The notes: generated by a model not told the origin, from the sequence alone. A stretch of DNA of 64,000 bases from a virus (IMGVR_UViG_3300021400_000048:120791-184790); one strand, 5' to 3'. Positions 17,898 through 28,317 are shown, numbered from the stretch's first letter. Translations and numbers: made by a program.

Positions 17898-17910
17898 TAT
17901 TATACAATAA
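17898..17910 (-). promoter_or_regulatory. class II promoter motif TTATTGTATAATA
   Basis: exact motif upstream of 17760/17491/17167 operon. Confidence 0.55.
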
Positions 17911-18143
17911 TTTATAGTAAAATATTAATAATTTTGTAAATTATTTTTTTAGTATTTTATTTTTTAGTATTATATGAAATTTACCAAATCTCAGAATTTA
18001 ATATTTTTAGTATTTAATAGTTTAATACTATAAGCTTTTAATAAATTATTGAATTAATAAATTAATGAAATTAGATAAATTACATGCCAGTTCTGAAATT
18101 GATCAAATTACAGGTCTATATATAGCAAAGCTTCGCCCCATTA

Positions 18144-18207
18144 ATTATATCATAAATTTTATAGTTTGTAAATAGTTTTTAATAAGAAATTTACGAAAGC
18201 GCTTTCA
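18144..18207 (-). promoter_or_regulatory. sigma70 promoter plus cre-like operator (long spacing)
   Basis: TATAAT 18144-18149, TTTACA 18167-18172, CGAAAGCGCTTTCA 18194-18207. Confidence 0.75.
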
Positions 18208-18243
18208 TAAATAAAAAATAAAAAAATATATCTCGCCATTATA

Positions 18244-18298
18244 ATTGTATCATATTTGACACGTTTTGTAAATAGTTTTTAAGACGAAAGCGTTTTCA
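18244..18298 (-). promoter_or_regulatory. sigma70 promoter plus cre-like operator
   Basis: TACAAT 18244-18249, TTTACA 18267-18272, CGAAAGCGTTTTCA 18285-18298. Confidence 0.7.
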
Positions 18299-18481
18299 AG
18301 CGAAATTGATCAAATTACAGAAAAAATATTTGAAATTTAAAAAGTTTCATTGTATAATAATTTGTTGGTGCAAATAAAGCTTCTGCTCAACACTATATAT
18401 AGTAGTGGAAGTAACTGTGCATTTATCATGCTCAACTTCATACAATAAATTTTTTGAAGCCTTAAAATATTGTTGAAAAAT

Positions 18482-18494
18482 TTATTGTATAATA
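18482..18494 (+). promoter_or_regulatory. class II promoter motif on plus strand
   Basis: TTATTGTATAATA; weaker copy at 18349-18360. Confidence 0.45.
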
Positions 18495-18497
18495 ATA

Positions 18498-18634
18498 TGT
18501 AAGCATATATTAAAACATTTTATTTACCTCCTTTCATTAATATATTCCAAAAAGCAAAAAGATATATGCTTACAAAAATCCTCCTTAATGTGTAGCTAAG
18601 CTTTGTATAGTTTAAATACTTACTTAGCTTAGCT
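18498..18634 (+). ncRNA. candidate small RNA with two anti-Shine-Dalgarno motifs
   Basis: 13-bp inverted repeat 18498-18510/18562-18574; ACCTCCTTTC 18526-18535 in loop; CCTCCTT 18580-18586; second hairpin 18594-18634. Confidence 0.35.
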
Positions 18635-18753
18635 GCTCTTAAAAAGAAACCTAATAATTTTTTTGTTAATAATAATATCCTTCTTAAAAAGTATTGTTTA
18701 GTTAATAGCGAGCAATACTTTTTTCTATATATAGAGCAAAAGGTAAAAAATGA

Positions 18754-18863
18754 AATTTCAGCAATTAGCTAAAAGGCAATTAAACCAATTTCGGCAATTT
18801 CGCCAATCTGCCAAATTTTGCTGAGCTAAATAAGCTAATTTCGGCAATTTCGGCAATTTCAGT
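18754..18863. repeat. AATTTCGGC-type 9-bp iteron-like repeats
   Basis: copies at 18787, 18796, 18837, 18846, 18855 plus degenerate ones. Confidence 0.7.
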
Positions 18864-19937
18864 TAATAATTTAATAGCTTAATAAAAAAACGCGATTCTA
18901 AGCCTAAAATTTGGCCCAGGTCGCGTTTTTATTTTGCCCCCTATAAAGTATTAGTTTATATAGTTAGAAATCGAAATAGAAAAAATTTTAAACTCAAATT
19001 ATAAATTAGTAAACTAAAGCATATTATATTTAGCATAAGCAGAGCTCTATAATAGCCTAAAGCCAAAAGCTTTTTCTTCGCCTCTGCCTCTGCCTATATA
19101 TAGAAAAAGTATTTTAGTCTACTATATATAAGCAAAGCACAGCATAAGGCAACAGCTCTATATAGCGAAGCAAGGCAAGAGCTTGGAGGCAAAATCTTAT
19201 TGCTTTAGCTTATGGCTTTAGCTTAGGTGGAAGCTGATTGGCGGAAGCATGGGCAGAAGCAAAATAAAAGCCCAGCTTAGTTGCTGAGCCTTGCCTTGAT
19301 CTGTCTTCATAGAGCACCTTTGCCAGTGAACCCGCCTGTGCTTTCACTTGTCTCTGAAGTGTCTTTGCGCAAATGCCTTAAAGCTTTATATAAAGTTGTA
19401 TAAAGCCTTGTAGAGCTTTTTAGGTGCCTTCGCTTATTTTAGCTAATTTCTGTCTAATTTTTTTAAAAGTTGCAAGCTTTTCGGGTCGCCTAGCCCTACT
19501 TATCCCTACTTAGCCTCTACTCGCTATCTGCCCAGCCTCTCCTCGCGACAGTGATAGTATTATTAAATTATTAAATTATTAAATCATTAAGTAAGCTTAT
19601 CACTGACCCACCAGCTATTCCAGCCAAGCCATACCTGTCTATATATAGTATATCAGCCAGAGTCTGCCTCAGACTCACGCCATATTTCTACTATATATAT
19701 ATAGTATTAATTCCCTGTCTATATATAGTTCCTTGCTTGTATATAAGTCTACATATAGTTTCTCTTTTATGTCTATTACCTTATGGTCTATATATAGTTC
19801 TTACTATATATTATATACTATATATAGATATATTTCTTATACTATATTTTTTAACTGGAGCAAAATAAAAAAAGAAGCTATATTTTTTATAGTCTCTTTA
19901 TTCTTTATTGTACACCAACAAATATTTCTTTGTATTT

Positions 19938-20138
19938 TTAATAGCCTCTTTCTTCATAAGCCTCCAATAACTCAATTGCATTTTCGATATAAACTTTTAA
20001 TGCATATGGAAAAGTATTAGGCTCTAAATCTTTATCTAATCTTCCTAAATTGAAAGAGCACCATTTTAAAGATTTAATAGTCTTTTCAATGTTTTCTTTA
20101 GTAATAATTTGATTATTTTTCATTTTTAAATTATCCAT
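19938..20138 (-). CDS. hypothetical protein (66 aa)
   Basis: TAATG-coupled ORF. Confidence 0.7.
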   Translation of the reverse strand: MDNLKMKNNQIITKENIEKTIKSLKWCSFNLGRLDKDLEPNTFPYALKVYIENAIELLEAYEERGY

Positions 20139-20431
20139 TATTTTCTTCCTTTTGACATTTTATAAAGTTTGTCATAAAGAATTTTATTTAATCTGTCATT
20201 TTCTTCATATTCTTTATTTGTTGGAAATGGAAGTGAGCTTTTCTCATAAACTTCAATATAATTTTCAGCGTGTTTATCATTTACAGTATATCTTGGTGTT
20301 AAACCTATAGAAAAACTAAATTTATTATTTACTAAAAATCTAATTATTCTCTTAGAAACTTTATTATATCTTTTTGATTCATATTTTCCATTGCTATCAA
20401 TAATTTGTTTAACTTTAACTGTATATTTCAT
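20138..20431 (-). CDS. hypothetical protein (97 aa)
   Basis: AGGAG RBS. Confidence 0.75.
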   Translation of the reverse strand: MKYTVKVKQIIDSNGKYESKRYNKVSKRIIRFLVNNKFSFSIGLTPRYTVNDKHAENYIEVYEKSSLPFPTNKEYEENDRLNKILYDKLYKMSKGRK

Positions 20432-20453
20432 TTTTTAGTCTCCTGTATTTTAA

Positions 20454-20783
20454 TTATTTATTAAAGAAAGAGTTCTTTTTTAATCGTCTCCAATTTTTAA
20501 GAATATAGCGAGCTCTAGATCTAAACTCATCATACCAAAGATATGGTGTTCTTCTCATTTGTTTTCTATAGACATCTTTAATGAATTTTATTGGATACTT
20601 GTCTCGCTCTTCAATAAGTTCTTTAATAAAATTAATCTTACTTTGTTCATAGCTCCAATCAAAATCACTATTAAGATTTAATATGCCGCCATTAATACCA
20701 ACTAAGCAAAAATGTTCATTAACCACTTTGGCAAACTCATTATTTTTTAAAGCTTTATACAACATTCTTTTAACTGCATTCAT
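20454..20783 (-). CDS. hypothetical protein (109 aa)
   Basis: ORF in operon. Confidence 0.75.
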   Translation of the reverse strand: MNAVKRMLYKALKNNEFAKVVNEHFCLVGINGGILNLNSDFDWSYEQSKINFIKELIEERDKYPIKFIKDVYRKQMRRTPYLWYDEFRSRARYILKNWRRLKKNSFFNK

Positions 20784-20785
20784 TA

Positions 20786-21016
20786 TTATTTTTCTCCATA
20801 CTTTTCTTTAAGATATTCATAATTAACAGTGTTCCCACACATTATTCTTCCTTGCAGAAAGTCACCTAGCTCTTCATATTCTGCATATACTAGGTCTGCC
20901 TCACAGCAAAAAAGACCATATAGAGATTTTTCTAAATCTTCATCATCTTCTGCTTGAGTAACAAAGACACAAGATATTGGTCCTTTATTAACTCTGTTAA
21001 CGATATATTTCTTCAT
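20786..21016 (-). CDS. hypothetical protein (76 aa)
   Basis: GAGGT RBS. Confidence 0.75.
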   Translation of the reverse strand: MKKYIVNRVNKGPISCVFVTQAEDDEDLEKSLYGLFCCEADLVYAEYEELGDFLQGRIMCGNTVNYEYLKEKYGEK

Positions 21017-21083
21017 TTTTTACCTCGATTTCTTTTTTATATTATTAAGAAGATATAAATTGTTAAACAATTTCTCCCTATAT

Positions 21084-21095
21084 TATTATACAATA
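21084..21095 (-). promoter_or_regulatory. class II promoter motif (TATTGTATAATA)
   Basis: motif upstream of the 19.9-21.0 kb operon. Confidence 0.5.
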
Positions 21096-21156
21096 GACTT
21101 TTATATTTTTACAATATTTTAGTAAAATAAAAAAGCCACAAGTTTTACTTATAGCT

Positions 21157-21873
21157 TTATATTTGTGCTGTTATTTGTCTTATAAGCTCTGATGGTAAGT
21201 CTTTAAGACTTGTTATTATTTCTACAATTGTTTTACCAAAGATTGATATGGCGACTTCGATATTAGCATTATTTATCAATTCTTCTATACTGCTAGATGC
21301 TATATTCTTATTTATTCATCAATTACAAATATTTAACATAATATTTCTTGCACTTACTACATGATTGTTTTTATATTTAGCAATATGGGCGCCAATAGCA
21401 AAAGCATTGGTACAAAATTCTTTTTCCTCTGTGCTAGTTATAAAACTTTTTAGTCATATATCAAAGTCTCCACTAACATAAGTGTATTGATTATCATTAT
21501 AATTTTTCATTTTATTAATAACTTTTTCAAGTGCCCTAGAAACTATTACAGTAGTAATAAAATTTGCTTTAATACACTTTATAGCATTTGCAATAGAAAT
21601 TGTATTATCTAATTGTCCATTCGTATAAGCCAGATCAAGTATAATAGTCATTAAGTTTTGAGCAGAAGTTGCAAGTAACTTAGAATACCCTAAAAGTCTT
21701 TGATTACTATATACAAAATGTTTTCCTACAATATCTTTAAGTATAGAGGTATCAAGTAATTTTTGTAATTCTTTATCTGCTATTCAAACTTCATTATAAA
21801 CTAAGTCTTCATAATCTTTTATTTTTATCATTGGCCAAGACATGTTTTTAAGCTGTTCTGTTGTTATTGCCAT
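21157..21873 (-). CDS. paralog-array protein 8 (238 aa, code 4)
   Basis: open with TGA=W (including TGA TGA); N-terminus MAITTEQLKNMSWPMIK..EVWIADKEL. Confidence 0.8.
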
Positions 21874-21899
21874 AATAATCTCCCATTTTAAATTATTTA

Positions 21900-22553
21900 T
21901 TAAGATAAAAGTGTTTCTATTTGATTCTCCATAATATCTTCCATATTAGGCTTTATCTCATCTAAAAAAATTCTTAGGCACACTGTTTTACGTAATACGC
22001 TACCATTAATTTTTTGAAATAGAATACTAATATGTGCACGTATGTCAGATATTGCTTCCTTTAAGTCTGCCTTAAAATTATCATTTGTTATATCATAATA
22101 AGGTAGCCTTGCATCAGCACTCAAGCTAATTTCTATAGCAAAAGATCTATTGTATCTATCAATAAATATATAAGTAAATTTATTGTTAAAAGCATCTTTG
22201 CTTGCTGTTTGAATTGTAAAAATATTACCATCACTATTTTTTCAGTCATAAGTAAATATTTTATAAAATAGCTCAGCTACTACAATTTTTTTAGCCATTA
22301 TTATTTTTAGTATATTTATAACATTTTCTTCAGTAAGACTATAATATAAATCATTGTTATTTATTTGACTTTTTAAACTAGTAGTTAAAATATTAAATAT
22401 ATCTGCAGTGCACTCTGATTGAGAGTTGTATAATGTAACTAATTTTCCAGATTTATTATAGTATTGTTTTTCTAGACATAAATACGCTAAATCTTTATTA
22501 GTGGCTAAAAATGTATTTATATCCGCTAGTGTTAAGTCTATTAATCTTTTCAT
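21900..22553 (-). CDS. paralog-array protein 7 (217 aa, code 4)
   Basis: joins track ORFs 22242-22565 and 21900-22124 via TGA 22242. Confidence 0.8.
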
Positions 22554-22580
22554 AGATATCTCCAATTATTATTAATTTAT

Positions 22581-23321
22581 TTAGATCATTTCTAATATAG
22601 TTAAATCAGCTATAAAATTATTTATAATTTGTTTTAAATTGGTATCATTAAAATCTGTGTGTTTATTAAATGCAAGTTTGTGACTTGCACCAGCACTATT
22701 TTTTTCACAACACGTATTAATGATAAGTGAATTTACTGTTTTTAAATTAAAAAGATCATAAAAAGTATGAGCTGTATTATGAAGTAAATCAGTTAATGCA
22801 ATTGTTTGAAATGGAATAAATATACTTAAAGTTATTTCTATTTGCTTAGCCCAGTCTACTGCTCCCTTAATTGTATATAAAGCAAAACTACTTTCCTCAA
22901 GTACCTTAGTATTGAAATCTACACTATTAATAATAAAGGTTCCATCATCTGGTACTGTTATGCCAGTTGATACCTTAGAAAATCTATCTTTACTTTTTTT
23001 AAAATTCACTTTAAAGTTATTTAAATTTTGAACTAATTTTGATGCAAGTATAATTTGCAGTCATTTTAATTTTAAGTATTCTGCTATTTGTTCTTCAGTA
23101 TAATTTTCTTTGTTTAGGCTTCTACCTATACAATCATTTACCCAATAATTTAATTGCTCAATTATTGATGAAGGTCCTCAAAGCTTTAGTTCACCACCAA
23201 GTGCGGCATCAATAGTATAAGTAGTAGTACCTTTTAAAATACATGTAATAATTTTTTTATTAAGTAATTCACGACATTCTTGGTCTTTAGAAATTATCTG
23301 TTCCAATCTTTCTAAATTCAT
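22581..23321 (-). CDS. paralog-array protein 6 (246 aa, code 4)
   Basis: AGGAG RBS, ATG 23319-23321, two in-frame TGA. Confidence 0.8.
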
Positions 23322-23335
23322 AATAGTCTCCTGTC

Positions 23336-24103
23336 CTAAATTTTTTGTATTGATTTAGTTACTAAATTTTTAAATATAGGTATTATTGTTTTAAGATCAG
23401 CTTCATCATTAGATAGAAGAAGTCTGTAGTGTCTATCACTATAATCATAATAATATACAGTTATTCTAAAAGTTACCTTAGGTAAATTATATTTAATAAA
23501 ATCAAGTAGTGGGTATTTAATATGACAGTCTAAATCAAATAAGTCATATGTGCATACTATTATTGATAAAAAACCACCAGTCTCTAAATGTTTGTCTTGT
23601 CCTGTACAAGCAATACTATAATTAATATCAAGTCTATCATCTCTATCATTAGGGTCACTTCCATCAGGAATTCCTGGTGTATGCTCAAAAAAATGCACTT
23701 TAAACGTATAATCATTATTAAGGCTATTAAATTCCAACACATTTGTAAAAAGCTTTGAAATTGTAAGAATTCTACAAAATACAGCACTAATATATATTAT
23801 TAAGTCTTCTATAGTAATTTGATTACCATTAGCATCAAAATAAGATTTTTTTGTGTCATAGAGCTTTATAATAATATCACTGATTATATTTTTAGTGTTG
23901 CTATTAAAAATAAAACCATAAACTTTATTTAATGTATTATTTCCTATGCTAAGAGCTCTAGTACCACGTCTTAGTATTCTTTTATTAAGCAACTCTTTTA
24001 TAGTAGGATTAGTATAGATAAAATTAATGGCTTCTTCAGTTATTATACTGTCTGAAGAATACTTATCTATAATAGAATTTCAAGTTGTGCTTAAAGTTAT
24101 CAT
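23336..24103 (-). CDS. paralog-array protein 5 (255 aa, code 4)
   Basis: AGGAG RBS, ATG 24101-24103, one TGA. Confidence 0.8.
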
Positions 24104-24114
24104 TAAAGTTTCTC

Positions 24115-24852
24115 CTAAATTAATCCTTTAAATAGAGCTTGTTTAATAGCTTGATTCATATCTTTTAGTTTAAAATCACCATCTAAAGGCTTTTCTGATA
24201 TACCACTATGATAGCCACCAGGTCCAGCATAGGTATAAATAGATATATGTACTAAACATTCATTTAAAGCATTTTCTATATATTCAGATAAAGATGCTCC
24301 GTTGTCAAGCATAAAATCAAAAATCTTTGAGGCTGTTATTACAATATTATAATTTCCTTGCTTACGTTGATGCGTATTATTATCTATAACTTCAAAGTCA
24401 AGATAATCTAATACATCAGCAGGATCTTCTTTTAATGATATATTGTGGTAACAAGTTAGAGCATATATTCTATATGTTTTTGTATGATCAATATTAGTAA
24501 ATACTGCAAATTTTCTAATAAGTTTGTCTATCGTAATATAAGTACTTAATACAATACAGATATAAGCTAGTAAATCATTATAATGAATAAATTGCGCATA
24601 GCCTTGAAAATATTTAGCATGTCTATCCATAACTTTTATAATAATTTTACGAATTAGTTGTGTTGCTGATAGCTGACCATAGCCTAACAATGTTTCTTCT
24701 ACATTTTGTGGATAGTCATCACTATGTATTAATAATGCATTATTTTTTCATAGATTTAAAAAACTTTGTTCTCGGGCAAGGCTTTCGATAACAATATCAT
24801 ATATACTTTTATCATTTTCCATATCTCGCAAAGTATAGTCCTTAATGTTCAT
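24115..24852 (-). CDS. paralog-array protein 4 (245 aa, code 4)
   Basis: AAGGAG RBS, ATG 24850-24852, one TGA. Confidence 0.8.
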
Positions 24853-24865
24853 TAATATGACTCCT

Positions 24866-25615
24866 TTAGTTTATTATAAAAATAAAATGTTCAGAAATTT
24901 TGTCCTTAATATCTTTTACAAAATCTTTTATTATACAGACTTCATCAGCTATGCTATTAACAACAGTATATGAAGCTTGACCAATATTTTTCAAATACTT
25001 TATTTTATATCTTATTTTAAAGTTAGCTAAATTTTTTTCTATCAGTGAAATATCTTGTGGTCCTACGAGATCAAGTTTTCACAAATCAACTACATAAGCT
25101 GTAATCCTATATGTACAACCTGCAGCACTGATATCAAGGTCAATAGTTAAACTATCACTTGCAGTTATTTGATAGACAGGCGTGATTAGATCAATAGCAT
25201 TTTGCATGTCAACTGCCTTTACATAATATTTTCCACCCGGGTATTTTGAATAATTATCTATTATTGTAAAAGAATTTAAGTTTTTTGCAACTAATTTATT
25301 TAATAAGACAGCCCTAGCTAAAATAGCTTTTATATACAAACTTAGATCATCAATAGTAATAACAGATTCATATATATCAAAATAATCTTTATTAAAAAAA
25401 TAAATGTTATCTATCATATTTTTACAAAGTTTACTAATAGATAGCCCATTATCTTCTAATAAGTTTTTGTATACAGACTTCCCTTTATTAATTGTGAGAA
25501 TTTGTGTAGGATTTAGCAAATCTAATAAGTCTGTATTATTTGCTATATTAAAGGCAGCAGCATCTTTAGCAGTTTCATTATCCTTAATTTGTACTCAAGT
25601 ATTTTGTACTCTCAT
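24866..25615 (-). CDS. paralog-array protein 3 (249 aa, code 4)
   Basis: AAGGA RBS, ATG 25613-25615, two TGA. Confidence 0.8.
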
Positions 25616-25635
25616 AATTATTCAATTCCTTTATA

Positions 25636-26334
25636 TTAGTCAACATATTTTTTAAGTGCTTTTTTAATTTCTTGTGGAAAATTTCCTATAGTACTTTGTA
25701 ATAAATTACCTTTGTTTCCAACAAATACCCCTGCTTCGACTAAAACATTATTATTAATTAAATTTTGTAGTGATTCATACTTTATATTTTCTATATCATG
25801 AGTATTTAGCCTTTGTATACTGCACATTTTTATAATAGTTGTAGCTCATGTTCCATAATCTAAAGAAATACCATAATGTAATAATGTCTCATCTCCATAA
25901 GGGGAAGCTGTAAAAGTTGCAGAGCTTATTTGGCTAAGCTCAAAGTGATACTTATTATTAGAATAGTCAGTAAGTTGAAAATCTTCAAAAGCTTTTTCTA
26001 ATGAGTTAGACAGAATTAAGGCTGCAGCTAGCTCTGTTTTTACAGCCTTAATAGCAATATCTACATGTACATATGTTGGTAAATATTTATAAATATGATC
26101 TAATAGTGCTGCCATTAAATTAACACTTGTGTCTGCACCAGCTAAATCAAAAAATGAAGTTTTTTCAAAAAGTTTTTTCTCTTTATTATAATAAAAAATA
26201 AACTTAGGCTGATTGACCAAATACTCTATATCTTTATCTGTTAGTCAAACTTCATAGCACAAGTCCCTCATATATTTATAACGTTTTATTTCACCTCAAG
26301 ACATTGATTTTAAAACATCTATAGTTTTAGTCAT
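25636..26334 (-). CDS. paralog-array protein 2 (232 aa, code 4)
   Basis: AGGAG RBS; MTKTIDVLKSMSWGEIK..EVWLTDKDI; three TGA. Confidence 0.8.
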
Positions 26335-26377
26335 ATTGTAATTACTCCTATAACTTTTTAAATTTCTAATTTATTTT

Positions 26378-27133
26378 TTATCATTCTTTTGAAAGAACAT
26401 ATTTTACATGTTTGGCTAGATCCTCTACTCTTATATAAGTGTTATTTTCATTTATATTAATAAATATTGGAGCATCCTCTATTATTTCATTTAATGTTTT
26501 ATTCTTTATATCATCTAACTTTGCTCATTTTATTGGCATTCATGGATTACTTATTTCAATTGTAAATGTTGTAAATTCATCTAAGCTTTTAGGAATTTTA
26601 TTAAACTTGTCAACAACTAGCTGAAAAGTATAATAAATGATGTTACCTACTGGTGGGTCTTCATCAAGAACGCTTCAAGACAAATTTTTTGGCAGTTTTC
26701 CTTGTAAGTAAGTATTGCTTGTAATGTCAAAACTAATATTTGAAAATATTTGTGTAAGTGATTTTGAAACAAGTAAAGCAGTAATTAAGTTAGCTTTTAT
26801 ATATTTTATTATGCATTCAACAGTAGCATCTTTGTGCTTTGTAAAAACTTTATTAAATAAAAAGCCCATAAATAATTTTTTATCTGTAAAATTACTGTAC
26901 TTTTCACACATTGTTCAAAAGCTGATCATTTTATTAGTCACATTATCTGTAGCATCAGAAGCTTTGTCTGGTGAAATATTAAATTTATTTCTATACAATA
27001 GCTCATTAAGCATAGTATCATTACATCAAACTGTTGTAAATAAATCATCAATTAAATTCTGATTTATAATATCATATCAAGTCATCTGTAATAACTTATT
27101 AGCGGATATTTGATTTCCTTCTTCTATTTTCAT
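26378..27133 (-). CDS. paralog-array protein 1 (251 aa, code 4)
   Basis: GGAG RBS; LLQMTWYDII..TVWCNDT; about seven TGA; ends TGA TAA. Confidence 0.8.
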
Positions 27134-27162
27134 ATTCTACTCCATAAAATCTAATAATCATA

Positions 27163-27171
27163 TAATTTAGC
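27163..27171 (-). promoter_or_regulatory. putative late promoter GCTAAATTA heading the paralog array
   Basis: motif about 30 bp upstream of the first array gene. Confidence 0.65.
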
Positions 27172-27175
27172 AAAT

Positions 27176-27206
27176 AAAAAGACCTGTTAAAAATAACAGA
27201 TCTTTT
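27176..27206 (-). terminator. intrinsic terminator
   Basis: AAAAGACCTGTT/AACAGATCTTTT hairpin. Confidence 0.6.
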
Positions 27207-27219
27207 ATAAAAATAAATA

Positions 27220-27558
27220 TTAAGCCAGTCTTAAGCCGAGCCTTAATCTAAAGACATCATCTGGACAATCATTATTCCAATCAATTAACCAAACATAAGT
27301 AAATCTTGTCATTAATTTTTTAACCAATTTTGCAACATCTTCTAAATAAAATAATAATTTACCGCGACCATTTAATCCGCCATCAACTGTTAAGATAAAA
27401 TATCTTCCACCATCTTCATTTTCTTCGTCTGAATTATCAACTAATTCAAAGTTTGCAAAGACTAAGTTAGTAAAGTCTCCATGATATGTGTTAACAGCTT
27501 CTTTACAGTAAAGTTCTAAGTCTTTTTCTAATTTTGTTCTTTCCATATAAGTCTCCAT
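27220..27558 (-). CDS. hypothetical protein (112 aa)
   Basis: ORF in operon. Confidence 0.75.
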   Translation of the reverse strand: METYMERTKLEKDLELYCKEAVNTYHGDFTNLVFANFELVDNSDEENEDGGRYFILTVDGGLNGRGKLLFYLEDVAKLVKKLMTRFTYVWLIDWNNDCPDDVFRLRLGLRLA

Positions 27559-27708
27559 TTATTTATTATCTTTAATTATTTTTTCTACTTTAATGTTTAA
27601 TTTTGGAAACATTAATTTATATTTTTGTATTAAAATTTCTCTATTAATGTCTGACATGTCTTCATCAATTATTAATATTAAATTATTTCCTTCAAGCTTT
27701 ATTTCCAT
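27559..27708 (-). CDS. small hypothetical protein (49 aa)
   Basis: GGAG RBS; TAAATG coupling to next gene; below track cutoff. Confidence 0.6.
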   Translation of the reverse strand: MEIKLEGNNLILIIDEDMSDINREILIQKYKLMFPKLNIKVEKIIKDNK

Positions 27709-27726
27709 ATATTTTCTCCAATACAA

Positions 27727-28317
27727 TTAATCTATACATTCTGACACCCAATCAAGAAAATCTACGTCATCAACAGTATCTATAACTGCTGCCCCAGATA
27801 TTGTTTCATTATCTGTTATATTATTTTCTTTATTAGATTCAGCGTCTGTAATTAAACTGTTCAAATCATAATCTTCATCTTTAATCCAAATAACTTTTAA
27901 ACCATTCTTTTCATCTTCTTTTATTTCAGCATAAGTTTCTTCAAAATGACTTCCAGCGTTTTGATATGCTCGCCAATTCTTTCTTGATATTGGGTGTTCT
28001 TGTCCGTATTCTTCACAAGATTTTTCAAAACGTTCTGCTAATTTATCTAAACAATATACCTCTAAATTGATATCATACATTATCATAGCATAGTCATTTT
28101 TATTTTCTATATGCTGCAATAAATAATCACGTACTACTTTATGTGAAGAAATAAAAACAGTGTAGCCTTGTTTATATAAATTAATAGCAGTGTTTACATA
28201 ATCTTTAAATCAATTAGGGTTTGTTTTATCGTAACATGATGACTCTAAGTCAATTATTCTAAAATCTTTTTTTGCAAGAGTTGACTTGCCAATTCCTTGA
28301 TATGCACTAAAAATCAT
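27727..28317 (-). CDS. P-loop NTPase / nucleotide-kinase-like protein (196 aa, code 4)
   Basis: MIFSAYQGIGKST Walker A, IIDLESS, NW(TGA)FKDY, VFISSH..VR. Confidence 0.75.

Larger units (their letters stand above)
17830..19930. other. ~2.1-kb non-coding control region (origin-like)
   Basis: no RBS-led long ORF seen; divergent promoters, AAATT repeats, CTATATATAG palindromes, purine/pyrimidine strand asymmetry. Confidence 0.55.

Noticed and set aside
214-18298. 14-bp palindromes as CRISPR repeats or intrinsic terminators
   Set aside because: Spacing is irregular and gene-sized, and no cas gene was seen. The 5-bp stems lack U-tracts, separate true terminators exist next to some (2017-2048, 4230-4259), and the fixed phase to -35 fits an operator.
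19000-19750. tRNA (e.g. UGA suppressor) or other known structured RNA in the non-coding region
   Set aside because: I could not find a cloverleaf or T-loop GTTCRA signature by eye; a tRNAscan/Infernal run would be decisive.
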